A DNA stretch of 64,000 bases. Origin: a virus. The notes under the pieces are model-generated. The model was given only the letters and a program-made list of their open reading frames with translations, made no database searches and was not told the DNA's origin. Of the stretch, positions 39,101-48,173 are shown one piece after another. How positions within the stretch are numbered: the first letter of the stretch is position 1; every line of letters begins with the position of its first letter. The stretch covers positions 1 through 64,000 of the IMG/VR virus record IMGVR_UViG_3300009496_000005; one strand, 5' to 3'. Position numbers and translations under genes: made by a program.

Positions 39101-39621
39101 GCGGTGCAACTACACTAGATGGCTTAACAGATGTTTCAGCATCAAGTCCAAGCAGTGGCCAAGTCCTTAAATGGAATGGTAGTGCATGGGCACCAGCGGC
39201 AGACTTAAACTCCGGAGGCGGAGGTGGTGGTGCCACAATACAAAGATTTAAATTAAATTATAACTCCAACGGACAATTAGACTCAACATCAAACTTAACT
39301 AGTTTAGTTAATAGTGTAAGCATTGATAGTGCTAGTGGTGGTGATGTTACTGTAAACTTTGATAGTTCAATCACTATGCCACCAGCATCAGTAATGATGT
39401 ATGGTTATGATTATACAAATAATAAATATTCTATGGTGCCAGCAGAAACCACAATGGCCCTTAGAGAAATAGCAGGCGGCGGTTCAAGTGGTTCACCTAC
39501 ACTTTTTGATGGTGGGTCAACTATTGCACTTAAATTAAGGTTACGAGAAACTGAAACTGGAGCAAGTAGATCATTCGGTTCAGTTACTCATGCATGGATA
39601 CAGTTTGTTATTTACGATTAA
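36178..39621 (+). CDS. tail fibre-like protein with collagen-like and internal repeats
   Basis: Gly/Ser/Thr-rich; GTYG..ITV..GQIT repeats, APATLDTLNELAAALGDD, GPxG triplets. Confidence 0.8.
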   Translation: MANTIIELNDTPSSYSLSANKFLRVNSDGNAVQFWDIKLDYLEDVEASNAYAPSVGQSLVYTADGKWRPSTLDIYSAGNGLNKSALTLNVTAGAGGGLVANTSGVFISDIANVSGTYGNATHVPAITVNSKGQVTSVTPTLITASQATTITNSFVGNVVGTSGQISVTGGTGNNSNATLNLVATGVTAATYGNATTVPQITVDTYGRIQNVDLITVSGGGGGAGNVNTAFKHIAVSGQTNISADAAEDTLTLVGAGGISLTTDAGTDTLTITGNSSAIVGASGINALSDIDTTGVTNGQVLVYNSSTSKFEAGTPVTTLANSGVTAGTYGSSTNSARIVVNEKGIITGISEQAIPQGDITEVIAGAGLNGGGTTGSVTLNIENTGITAGTYGNASVYPAITVNSRGQITSVSNIAVSGGGGGGSDQNLSWNAGSSQLTISGGNTVDLSTLNNVVNDTTPQLGGSLDVNGQSIVSVSNGNISITPNGTGKIILDGLSWPTADGTANYVLQTDGAGQLSWVAQSGSYDNTSVDTHLNVSGASASQVLSWNGSDYAWVAQTDTDAQDLSISGNVISLTGQSGNVDLTSALASVTSSYGDSNVASYLSAQGYATQATIVAAITDSAPATLDTLNELAAALGDDPNFATTITNSIATKANTSSLATVATSGVYTDLTSRPTISLSGSDLTYDGTTLDLTGVGAVGPQGNVGADGVSVTNASLSTNDLIITLSNASTINAGNVRGPVGPQGAAGTNGTNGTNGTNGTDGVSITNTAIVGSNLVITLSNTSTIDAGNIRGPVGPTGPAGADGAVDQTLSISGNVITISGNNDTVDLTTMLAPYSKTDTDAQDLSLSGNVISLTGQSGNVDLTSLLVANIYTNSDVDTHLNTSGASSGQVLTWNGSDYSWTEKTTDTDTDAQNLSLSGNVISLTGQSGNVDLTSLLATYNTDAQDLTISGNVISLTGQSGNVDLTSLLSGSGGGATTLDGLTDVSASSPSSGQVLKWNGSAWAPAADLNSGGGGGGATIQRFKLNYNSNGQLDSTSNLTSLVNSVSIDSASGGDVTVNFDSSITMPPASVMMYGYDYTNNKYSMVPAETTMALREIAGGGSSGSPTLFDGGSTIALKLRLRETETGASRSFGSVTHAWIQFVIYD
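38419..38460 (+). repeat. 9-bp tandem repeat GGAACAAAC x4.7 (Gly-Thr-Asn)
   Basis: perfect in-frame tandem copies. Confidence 0.9.
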
Positions 39622-39633
39622 TAGGATCAATAA

Positions 39634-41646
39634 ATGGCTTTAAGCAATTACAAGTCTACTCAAGTTGAATTAAATGTTCCAAATAAAGTATTAGGAACTT
39701 CAATTTCATCAGTTAGCGGATACGCATATTGGGAACATGCAAATGGTTCAGACGATCCGTGGTATTCAGGCTCGGGCACAAAGAAATATTATCAATGGAC
39801 AGTTACATTTAGTGTTACTGCTCAGTCACATGGTTCACATTTAACCAGAGATGATTTTACATACAACGGCTTAGATGTAGTAGTTGGTGATTGGTTAGCA
39901 GGTGCAACAAGTGGTTCATGTTGGAAAGTAGTATCAGTTACTTCTAAAACAACTACAAGTGTTACATGTGTTGTTGAGGACTGGTTAAGATATAATACAT
40001 TCAAAGCATCAACAGGTAATGGTGCACCAACAACTGGTTCAGGAGTTATATTTTCATTAAATGAAAAAGGTATCCCAATGTTGGATCCTTTGCCTACAAC
40101 AGTTAGTTCAAGTTTTTATCCCACAATAGCAAGTAGATTTGAATACTTAAACCCACAACAAAACTATGTCTTAGAAGCAACAGCACACGGTCTAAGCAAA
40201 GGAGATATAGTTGCAGTATCAAGTGCAGGGTTTACTAAAGCAAATACAGCCACTATGGGAAAAATGTTAGGTGTTGTAACTGAAGCAGGTCCAGGGCCTA
40301 ATCAGTTTATGATTATGCCTAACAACCAAATTATAGATTTCGAACCTAGCATACCAGGTAGTCAAGGTGACTATGTGTATGTAAGTAGCACAGGAGAGTT
40401 TACTACAACTGATACAGGTAAAATTGCATTCTTAAAAATACAAGATGCTATACCTACAGTTTTAACAGGCACAGTAGATGGCCCAACTGTGCCAGATAGC
40501 CATACTATTAAACTAAATGGAGAGTCAATTCAATTAACAAATAGCGGTTCTAATGTAACTGCAAGTTTAATGGTTTCTCAAATTAATGCAAAGACAAGTA
40601 ATACAAGTGTTGTAGCATCAACAACTCCTACGCCAACTGTAATAGTATCAGATGGTGCTAATACAATATATGGATTAGTAGGTGGATATGTAAACTTTAG
40701 TGCGGCATTTGATACAGGCTCAGGTAACACAACAGTTTCATTTACTACATCAGGTTCACAGTATTCAGGTGTATCTACACCAGAGGATATGGCTACAGAT
40801 ATTACTGCGGCCGGTATTGCTAACTTAACTGTAAGTGCGACACCAACAGTTTTAACATTAACAGAAGTAAACGGTAATGCAGTTACTATAGTTAATGTAA
40901 CTAATGATAACAACAATAATCCTTTTGTAGGTGCAGGTAATATATCAGGTTTGCCAGCATCAACAAGTGCAACAGGAACAACACGTCTTAAACTTACAAG
41001 GTCAGACGGCGGACCTATAGATATATTTGAATCAACAGAATACTTTAGAAATAATGTAGGTATTGCTAGTGGGCATACAGGAATGTATCCACTTGCAATG
41101 AACATTGAGCAAGGTATTAGAACAGGTGGAACAACACTCGTTGCTGACATAAGTGGAAGAGATTCACTGTCTGCTCAAGCAGGTGACCAAGCATACGTTA
41201 CCAATGCAGGAAATGGTGAGTGGGGATTATATTTGTATGATGGAAGCAGTTGGATTGAAATTAGTAACCAAGATAGTGCTACAGTAGATGCTAAAACTTT
41301 AACAACTACATTCACAATGCCTGCAGGAGGATTTGGAAACAGCACAACTAACAACTTAGGAAATATATCACAAGGTAGAAAAATACAAAGTGTTAGTGTT
41401 GATGTTCATACTGCATTTTCAGGTTATTCTGGCAACATAACACCAAATATAGAAGTTGGAACAATAGCAGACCCAGACCATTTTTGTGATAGTCCAAGCA
41501 ATGATTTAACAGAAGAAGGTGACTTCTTGTGTAACCCGGAGTATGTATATCCTGCTAATTCACCTCAAGAACTTATAATCCGTGCTAGATGCAATCATTA
41601 CCAGTCATCTGCGGGTAATGTAACCGTCAAAGTTACCTATATTTAA
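39634..41646 (+). CDS. putative virion/tail-associated protein
   Basis: Thr/Ser/Gly-rich, in structural cluster. Confidence 0.7.
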   Translation: MALSNYKSTQVELNVPNKVLGTSISSVSGYAYWEHANGSDDPWYSGSGTKKYYQWTVTFSVTAQSHGSHLTRDDFTYNGLDVVVGDWLAGATSGSCWKVVSVTSKTTTSVTCVVEDWLRYNTFKASTGNGAPTTGSGVIFSLNEKGIPMLDPLPTTVSSSFYPTIASRFEYLNPQQNYVLEATAHGLSKGDIVAVSSAGFTKANTATMGKMLGVVTEAGPGPNQFMIMPNNQIIDFEPSIPGSQGDYVYVSSTGEFTTTDTGKIAFLKIQDAIPTVLTGTVDGPTVPDSHTIKLNGESIQLTNSGSNVTASLMVSQINAKTSNTSVVASTTPTPTVIVSDGANTIYGLVGGYVNFSAAFDTGSGNTTVSFTTSGSQYSGVSTPEDMATDITAAGIANLTVSATPTVLTLTEVNGNAVTIVNVTNDNNNNPFVGAGNISGLPASTSATGTTRLKLTRSDGGPIDIFESTEYFRNNVGIASGHTGMYPLAMNIEQGIRTGGTTLVADISGRDSLSAQAGDQAYVTNAGNGEWGLYLYDGSSWIEISNQDSATVDAKTLTTTFTMPAGGFGNSTTNNLGNISQGRKIQSVSVDVHTAFSGYSGNITPNIEVGTIADPDHFCDSPSNDLTEEGDFLCNPEYVYPANSPQELIIRARCNHYQSSAGNVTVKVTYI

Positions 41647-41759
41647 AAGCATCCTACACCTCCACATATCATCTTTTTAGATAAATACTATTAACGTCAG
41701 AGTATATAACTCAGATGTTATCGATAACGCAAATAATATACATGTATTAGGAGAAACAA

Positions 41760-44700
41760 ATGGCTGACATTAAAAACTTTGGTATCAAAGGTATTGCGTC
41801 AGATGTTCAAATGGGGAAAAGCGGTGGTCGTTTAAAATACGATAGCGGTAATTCACGATTTGATTTGACACAGTCCAATGGTTCAACGTTAGAAAACATT
41901 CGTTTTGGCACAGTAGAGAGCGGTGCATGGCAGGGATCTGTAATTGGAAGCACATATGGTGGACTAGGAGGAGATTTTTCTAGTTCAACAGGTATTCTTA
42001 CAATTAGCAGTGGGTCTGTTACTGCAGGCTCCGTAGCACTTGGTTCGCAGGTATCTGGAGAACTTCCAGTAGCCAACGGCGGAACAGGTAGTTCAACGGC
42101 GGCCGGTGCTAGAACTAATTTAGGACTAGGCAATATTTCAACTCAGGCAAGCAACAACGTTGCTTTAACGGGTGGAACGTTAGACGGAGTAACGATAGGA
42201 GGAACCACTAGAGGAGCAGGTAGTTTTACTACAGTAAATGCTAACGGTGGAATCACAGGTGACTTAACAGGAACAGCAAGTTTGGCAACAAACTTTACAA
42301 GTGCTGTAACTGTAGCACTATCAGGTGATGCAACAGGTTCAGCAACCTTTACAGGTGCTGGTGATACGGCAACTATTGCTGTAACTTTACCAACAACAAT
42401 GGACAGTAGTAATACCGCATTGACTCCAGGGTCATTCGGTAGTTCAACTGCAATTCCAGTTGTTACTGTTGACAACCATGGTAGAATAACACAAGTAGAT
42501 ACAGCAAGTATTTCAACTTCATTTACATTAGCAGGTGGTAGTGGATCAACATCAATAGATGGTGGTGACACAATGACTATTGCTGGTGCAAGTAATGAAA
42601 TTGATACTTCAGTATCAGGTGATACTATTACTATTGGTTTAGTAGATAGTCCAACTATTAGCGGCGATCTTACAGTTTCAGGAAACTTAACAATTTCTGG
42701 TTCACAAACGATTGTAAATTCGAACGTAACACAAACAGTTGACAATATATTTAGAGTCAACAGTGACGGCGACGCCCAAGACGCCGGTCTAGAAGCAAAC
42801 GTAAATGGTTCTATTAAGCAATTCATTTATGATGTTTCAGAAACTGAATGGACAGTAGGCGGAGAAGATCTTAGCACATCAGGTTCCTTTAGAGGTAACT
42901 TGGTTGGTAACGTAACAGGTAACGTAACAGGTAATGCTGATACGGCCACTGATGCGGACGGTCTTTCAAGTGCTGTAACTGTAGCAATTTCAGGTGACGC
43001 AACAGGTTCTGCAACTTTCCAAGATGCAGGCGATACAGCAACTATTAGCACAACATTAGCAACAGTAATGGGAAGTGGAAACGCGGCAACTACACCAGGT
43101 AGTTTTGGTAGTTCTACATTAGTCCCAGTTGTTAAAGTCAACGCAAAAGGTTTAGTAACACAGATAGATACTGCAAGTATCTCAACCAGTCTTACTATTC
43201 AAAGTGATGACGCGGCTGATAACGTAGTTGCTTTGGCGACAGACAAACTTAAACTATTAGGTGGAACAAACATTACATCAACCAACACAGCGGATGATGT
43301 TACGTTTAATTTGAATTCTACACTTACTGGTTTAACAAGTGTGACGTCTACAACATTAACAGATGGAACAGCAACACTAAACAGTGGTGCTTTAAGTGGA
43401 GCAACTACAGTTACAGCCAGTGGCGCAGTAACAGGTGGAAGTTTAACTGACGGAACAGCAACAATGACAGGTGGAGCCTTAACTGGTTTAACTGGTGCAT
43501 TGACTACTGCTGGTGCAGTAACTGGTGGAAGTATTACAGATGGAACTGCTACTTTAAGTAGTGGTGCTTTAAGTGGTGCAACTACTGTAACTGCAAGTGG
43601 TAACGTAACAGCAGGCACATTCAAAGACGGAACTATGGAAATTAGTTCAGGATCTATGACTGGTGCTAACAATATTACTGCTTCAGGAACTATCCAATAT
43701 GGTTCATTAAGTGATGGCTCAATAACTATTACTGCATTCGTCGACGAAGACGACATGAACAGTAATAGTGCTTCACTAGTTCCAACACAACAATCTGTTA
43801 AGGCATACGTTGACAACGCAGTCGGCGGTGCTGATTTGGACTTCCAAGGTGATACAGGTGGTGCTCTATCTATTGATTTAGATAGTGAGGTGCTTGACAT
43901 TGCTGGTGGAACGAACATTAATACTTCCGGTTCTGGTAATCAAATTGATATAAACCTAGACACAACCTTAACTGGTTTAACTAGTGTTACTTCAACAACA
44001 TTAACAGATGGAACAGCAACATTATCAAGTGGTGCTTTAAGCGGTGTTACTTCAATTAATACATCAGGAGATGTAACAGTTGGTGGTAACTTAACTGTAA
44101 GTGGAACACAAACAAGTGTTAATTCCACAAACACTACTATTACAGATACATTGATTGTTTTACAATCAGGACTATCTGGTGCTAACCCTAACGACATTGG
44201 TCACATATACGAAAGAGGCTCTGATGGAGACAACGGATTCTTTGGTTGGGATCAAAATGTTGATAGGTTTGTAGCGGCTACAACAACTGCTGATGGATCA
44301 ACTGCTGGAGACTTAACTCTTACAGCGGCTGACTTTGAAGCGGCAGGTATCACTGGTTCCAGTGCTACTATTAGTGGTGTAGTTAGTTTTGGCACGTTGA
44401 CTGATTCAGGTGAAAGTATTGCTATTACTAAGTTTGTCGATGAAGCAGACGGCATTAGCAGTAACGATAACGATACTACTATTCCAACTTCAGCGGCAGT
44501 TATTGACTATGTAGAAAATAACGGTGGTGATGGTCTCTTATTAAGAAACTCATTTACTGCTAACTCTAGTGATAGTTCGTTTGATATTGGAACAGTTCCA
44601 AATGTATCAGGTAGAACCTATTATGCTAATAAAGTTGTTCTTAAAGTAGGCACTGGATTTAGTGGTGGTTCATTTAACCATATTCTAATTAAAGAAAATG

Positions 44701-44900
44701 GAGGAGCAGGAAATACTATTGTAGCATCAGCAGACGCAGATGCGGCAACAGCCGGTTCATACATTATCGAATTAGATGGTGATGATTCATTAACTAAGAA
44801 TGCGGCAGTAACCGTTCAATTTAAACAATCGAATGGTTCTACAGCAAGTATTCCAACTTCTGGAGTAATTACAGCATCAGTTCACTATAATTGGGTATAA
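41760..44900 (+). CDS. tail fibre-like structural protein
   Basis: late promoter 41680, AGGAG SD; LPVANGGTG...ARTNLGL; TDGTATL repeats. Confidence 0.8.
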   Translation: MADIKNFGIKGIASDVQMGKSGGRLKYDSGNSRFDLTQSNGSTLENIRFGTVESGAWQGSVIGSTYGGLGGDFSSSTGILTISSGSVTAGSVALGSQVSGELPVANGGTGSSTAAGARTNLGLGNISTQASNNVALTGGTLDGVTIGGTTRGAGSFTTVNANGGITGDLTGTASLATNFTSAVTVALSGDATGSATFTGAGDTATIAVTLPTTMDSSNTALTPGSFGSSTAIPVVTVDNHGRITQVDTASISTSFTLAGGSGSTSIDGGDTMTIAGASNEIDTSVSGDTITIGLVDSPTISGDLTVSGNLTISGSQTIVNSNVTQTVDNIFRVNSDGDAQDAGLEANVNGSIKQFIYDVSETEWTVGGEDLSTSGSFRGNLVGNVTGNVTGNADTATDADGLSSAVTVAISGDATGSATFQDAGDTATISTTLATVMGSGNAATTPGSFGSSTLVPVVKVNAKGLVTQIDTASISTSLTIQSDDAADNVVALATDKLKLLGGTNITSTNTADDVTFNLNSTLTGLTSVTSTTLTDGTATLNSGALSGATTVTASGAVTGGSLTDGTATMTGGALTGLTGALTTAGAVTGGSITDGTATLSSGALSGATTVTASGNVTAGTFKDGTMEISSGSMTGANNITASGTIQYGSLSDGSITITAFVDEDDMNSNSASLVPTQQSVKAYVDNAVGGADLDFQGDTGGALSIDLDSEVLDIAGGTNINTSGSGNQIDINLDTTLTGLTSVTSTTLTDGTATLSSGALSGVTSINTSGDVTVGGNLTVSGTQTSVNSTNTTITDTLIVLQSGLSGANPNDIGHIYERGSDGDNGFFGWDQNVDRFVAATTTADGSTAGDLTLTAADFEAAGITGSSATISGVVSFGTLTDSGESIAITKFVDEADGISSNDNDTTIPTSAAVIDYVENNGGDGLLLRNSFTANSSDSSFDIGTVPNVSGRTYYANKVVLKVGTGFSGGSFNHILIKENGGAGNTIVASADADAATAGSYIIELDGDDSLTKNAAVTVQFKQSNGSTASIPTSGVITASVHYNWV

Positions 44901-44931
44901 TACTTAATTAGATACCGAACTTAACCAAACT

Positions 44932-44960
44932 AAAAAGCACTCTTCGGAGTGCTTTTTTTT
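44932..44960. terminator. bidirectional terminator
   Basis: AAAAAGCACTC-TTCG-GAGTGCTTTTTTTT between convergent genes. Confidence 0.88.
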
Positions 44961-44966
44961 GATCAT

Positions 44967-45290
44967 TTAATCTATTTGCACTACCTTGATTGCTTCAGCA
45001 GTAGTATAAGGGGATTTGTGTGCCATTGGCTCTTTGGTTTCATCTATGTTAGGCCATATTTCACATGCTTTAGCATTGATATCTATAAATGGCATCTCTT
45101 CATTCGGAACTTCGTCTTCGTGTAGTATTGCTTCTACAGGACATTCAGGCTCACATAGACCACAATCAATACATTCATCCGGATGTATTGCTAACATCTC
45201 AGGTCCTTCATAAAAACAGTCTACTGGGCAAACTGCAACGCATTTAGTATCCTTGCACCCTACACAGGCACTCATTACTACATAGGTCAT
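44967..45290 (-). CDS. fdxA: 7Fe ferredoxin (FdxA family)
   Basis: [18 protein letters not shown]...[12 protein letters not shown]. Confidence 0.92.
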   Translation of the reverse strand: MTYVVMSACVGCKDTKCVAVCPVDCFYEGPEMLAIHPDECIDCGLCEPECPVEAILHEDEVPNEEMPFIDINAKACEIWPNIDETKEPMAHKSPYTTAEAIKVVQID

Positions 45291-45291
45291 A

Positions 45292-45864
45292 TTAATCTTT
45301 TGGTATAGCCATACAATTCATATGTAAGCATATTGTTTCTACAGCACTATTGTTCGGGGTCATACCCCATGGGATGTGAGAAGGAAAACAACAATACTTC
45401 CAAATCTTTGGTTTAATATAGTTAGTTCCTGCTTGTATTTTTATGGGCGAAGAGTGGAGTCGTAGTCCAAAGTTTTCTTGATATACCATAGAACCCTTAT
45501 TGGTTGTTTGCAACCACATGATGCATGTATACCATTTTGTTCTATCTACATGAACAGGATATGTATGTCCAGGATTAATACTAAATAGACTTGGCTCAGT
45601 TAGTTGTATCTGTGCCTTATTTGTATTAGGTATTGCTTTGCGTATCTCATCAACAAAGAGATTGCCTATAAGCATTTGTAGATTCTTTACTACATCTACC
45701 TGTGGCATGTCTTTATTAGTCATCCAACCAAAGTTAGTGTCTAGACAATTACCAGAGTCTTTTGCTTCTAGAATACCTTTTCTAATCTTTGTTCCTACAG
45801 ATCGCTCTATAGGTATCTCTCCCTCAATGCATACATCAGGGAATAGGTTATATGCTTTTGCCAT
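45292..45864 (-). CDS. 2OG-Fe(II) oxygenase-like (TIGR02466-like, possibly degenerate)
   Basis: [19 protein letters not shown], final N/C strand; TAAATA-N5-ATG. Confidence 0.55.
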   Translation of the reverse strand: MAKAYNLFPDVCIEGEIPIERSVGTKIRKGILEAKDSGNCLDTNFGWMTNKDMPQVDVVKNLQMLIGNLFVDEIRKAIPNTNKAQIQLTEPSLFSINPGHTYPVHVDRTKWYTCIMWLQTTNKGSMVYQENFGLRLHSSPIKIQAGTNYIKPKIWKYCCFPSHIPWGMTPNNSAVETICLHMNCMAIPKD

Positions 45865-45939
45865 ACAAGTATTTATTCTTTTAGGTTGACATTGTGTCTA
45901 TAAGAAGGTATAATAAATTATAGGCTAAAAGGTATTAAC

Positions 45940-46542
45940 ATGACAGATAAATCAAAGATAATTTTAACAGACATAGATGGTGTAGTTCTTAATTGGGAAT
46001 ATGCTTTTGGTGAATATATGGAGTTCCAAGGACACCAACCAGTTGAAGGACATAACAAGTTTTATTCAGTTAGGCAAAAATATGATTTGCCAACTGATGC
46101 ATCAGGTGATATTGTAATTAAAACATTTAACGAAAGTGCGGCAATAGGATTCCTTCCTCCACTTCGTGATGCACAATACTTCATTAAGAAGTTGCATGAG
46201 CAACACCAGTATCAATTTATAGCAATTACAAGTCTAAGTCTTAATCCTTATTCTCAAAAATTAAGAGAAAAGAACCTTAAAAAGTTGTTTGGAGATAACT
46301 GTTTCTTAGAAGTAATCTGCTTAGACACAGGTGCAGACAAGGATGAGATACTAGATGTATATGCTAGAGATTATCCTGGAGCATACTGGATTGAGGATAA
46401 ACCACAGAATGTTGATGTTGGCATTGAATTTGGTCTTAATGGTATTTTAATGGAGCATGGGCACAATATGTCCTATACAGGCCAAGCAAATGTTGTGGTA
46501 AATTGGGAAGAAATTTACAATTTATTAGTTAAAACCGGTTGA
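45940..46542 (+). CDS. HAD-family nucleotidase-like (T4 gp30.2-like)
   Basis: ILTDIDGV motif I; WIED. Confidence 0.8.
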   Translation: MTDKSKIILTDIDGVVLNWEYAFGEYMEFQGHQPVEGHNKFYSVRQKYDLPTDASGDIVIKTFNESAAIGFLPPLRDAQYFIKKLHEQHQYQFIAITSLSLNPYSQKLREKNLKKLFGDNCFLEVICLDTGADKDEILDVYARDYPGAYWIEDKPQNVDVGIEFGLNGILMEHGHNMSYTGQANVVVNWEEIYNLLVKTG

Positions 46543-46566
46543 CAATACCTAAAAAGACGTTATACT
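46539..46566 (+). promoter_or_regulatory. sigma70-type early promoter
   Basis: AAAACCGG-TTGACA-N16-TATACT-ATATGTATAG. Confidence 0.8.
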
Positions 46567-46606
46567 ATATGTATAGTTTAAAAATAAAGTGCTGGGAGGC
46601 AATTAC

Positions 46607-47638
46607 ATGAAAAACTTTGTTAAAATTAAAAAGGGTTCTTATCGCAACGCCCCAATCGAAAACGCGATATTTCCAGTAGTAAAGCCACTCACCTTTGGTA
46701 AGAAAGGTCCTTTTATTACTGTCGATGGTAGTTCGCTTATGGGTGAAGACGCAAGTAAAATTAGGGTGCTAGTTAAGTCTCCTTTAGATGTTGTTCCTTC
46801 AACTAAAGAAGACTACGAAACATTTATGCCAGTTGAGAAAGAAGAAGTAGTAGCAGAAACTACTCTAGAGGCTATGGACAGAATCAAAGGTCGTTTTGAT
46901 ATCTTAGATCAAATGACTGATGCAGTTGCTAACGGTGTAGTCCGTGGTTTGATTGTGTCAGGCCCTCCGGGTGTTGGTAAAAGTTTTGGTGTTGAAACTA
47001 TACTTGATGAGTATGATGCAATGGCAAAACTATCAGGCAAGCCACCCAGAACTGAAATAGTTAAAGGTAGCATGACTCCAATTGGTTTGTATCAAACATT
47101 GTTTAACAATTCTAACAAAGGTGATATCCTAGTTTTTGATGACTGTGATAGTATCTTGTTTGATGAAGTATGTTTGAATATGCTAAAAGCAGTTTTAGAC
47201 TCTGGTAAGAAAAGATACATTTCTTGGAAAGCAGAGTCCAATGCACTTCGTAGAGAAGGTATACCTGATAGGTTTGAGTTCAAAGGTGGTGTTATCTTTA
47301 TTACTAACGTGAACTTTGAAAACGTTCGTTCTAAGAAGATACAAGATCACTTAGCGGCACTTATGTCTAGATGTCATTACATTGACTTAGGTTTAGATAC
47401 TACTGCTGATAAGTTCTTAAGAATTAATCAAATAGTTAGAGATGGTATGCTTACTTCATACAAGTTCTCAGATGAACTAAACAAGGATATCATAGACTTT
47501 ATGATATTAAAGAGTGCAAGGCTTAGAGAAATAAGTCTTAGAATGGTGCTTAAGATTGCTGACTTGGCTCAAATGAGTCCCAAGACTTGGAAAGAGTTGG
47601 CTGAAAGCACTTGTATGACGAGGGTCACTTTTAAGTGA
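46607..47638 (+). CDS. AAA-family ATPase
   Basis: SGPPGVGKS Walker A, VFDDCD Walker B, SRC; GGGAGG SD. Confidence 0.85.
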   Translation: MKNFVKIKKGSYRNAPIENAIFPVVKPLTFGKKGPFITVDGSSLMGEDASKIRVLVKSPLDVVPSTKEDYETFMPVEKEEVVAETTLEAMDRIKGRFDILDQMTDAVANGVVRGLIVSGPPGVGKSFGVETILDEYDAMAKLSGKPPRTEIVKGSMTPIGLYQTLFNNSNKGDILVFDDCDSILFDEVCLNMLKAVLDSGKKRYISWKAESNALRREGIPDRFEFKGGVIFITNVNFENVRSKKIQDHLAALMSRCHYIDLGLDTTADKFLRINQIVRDGMLTSYKFSDELNKDIIDFMILKSARLREISLRMVLKIADLAQMSPKTWKELAESTCMTRVTFK

Positions 47639-47668
47639 TCCACGTTTGGACTCATACTAAATATTAGT

Positions 47669-47748
47669 ATGGGTTCCCCCCTAGTGTTCAATATCCTCCC
47701 ACATTGAACACTTTAGAGACCCCCTAGTTCTTAGGGGGTTTCGCTTTT
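47669..47748 (+). ncRNA. candidate late small RNA with anti-SD loop
   Basis: TAAATA 47658-63; 10-bp stem with ATCCTCCCAC loop; terminator hairpin 47716-47742. Confidence 0.4.
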
Positions 47749-47755
47749 AAAGTGG

Positions 47756-47783
47756 TTGACAATATATAAAAAGATAGTATACT
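47756..47783 (+). promoter_or_regulatory. sigma70-type early promoter
   Basis: TTGACA-N16-TATACT. Confidence 0.8.
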
Positions 47784-47822
47784 TATTGTATAAGTTAAAT
47801 AATTAGGTAGGTAAATAATTTA

Positions 47823-48173
47823 ATGATAAAGGAAAGAAACACAACTGTATTAGCCTCAGACTATCAAAGCACTGAGCAACTTCAAAAATTTATTAAACAT
47901 TGCACTGGTGCAAAAATGACTCCTGTTAAAGGTAAGCATGATGCATTTTGGGTTAGTGGTGATAAACGTGGTGACTACTACGAGCAGAAATATTATAAAA
48001 TTGTATTTGGTCCAGTTACCCAAGTTTCATATAGTAACGGTAGAACTGAAAAATCAGGTTATGGTTTTGATATTCAAACTGTAGGCGACCTTAATGGTTG
48101 GCAGTTAATGGGCGAGTATCGTAAAATGATTAAAGAAGCAATGGCTGAATTTAAACAGAAGGAGACTGCATAA
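47823..48173 (+). CDS. hypothetical early protein
   Basis: ORF after promoter. Confidence 0.65.
   Translation: MIKERNTTVLASDYQSTEQLQKFIKHCTGAKMTPVKGKHDAFWVSGDKRGDYYEQKYYKIVFGPVTQVSYSNGRTEKSGYGFDIQTVGDLNGWQLMGEYRKMIKEAMAEFKQKETA

Noticed and set aside
36399-44455. Many minus-strand ORFs (67-239 aa) opposite the fibre genes
   Set aside because: Shadow ORFs caused by Gly/Thr/Ser/Val codon bias; no SD or promoter support
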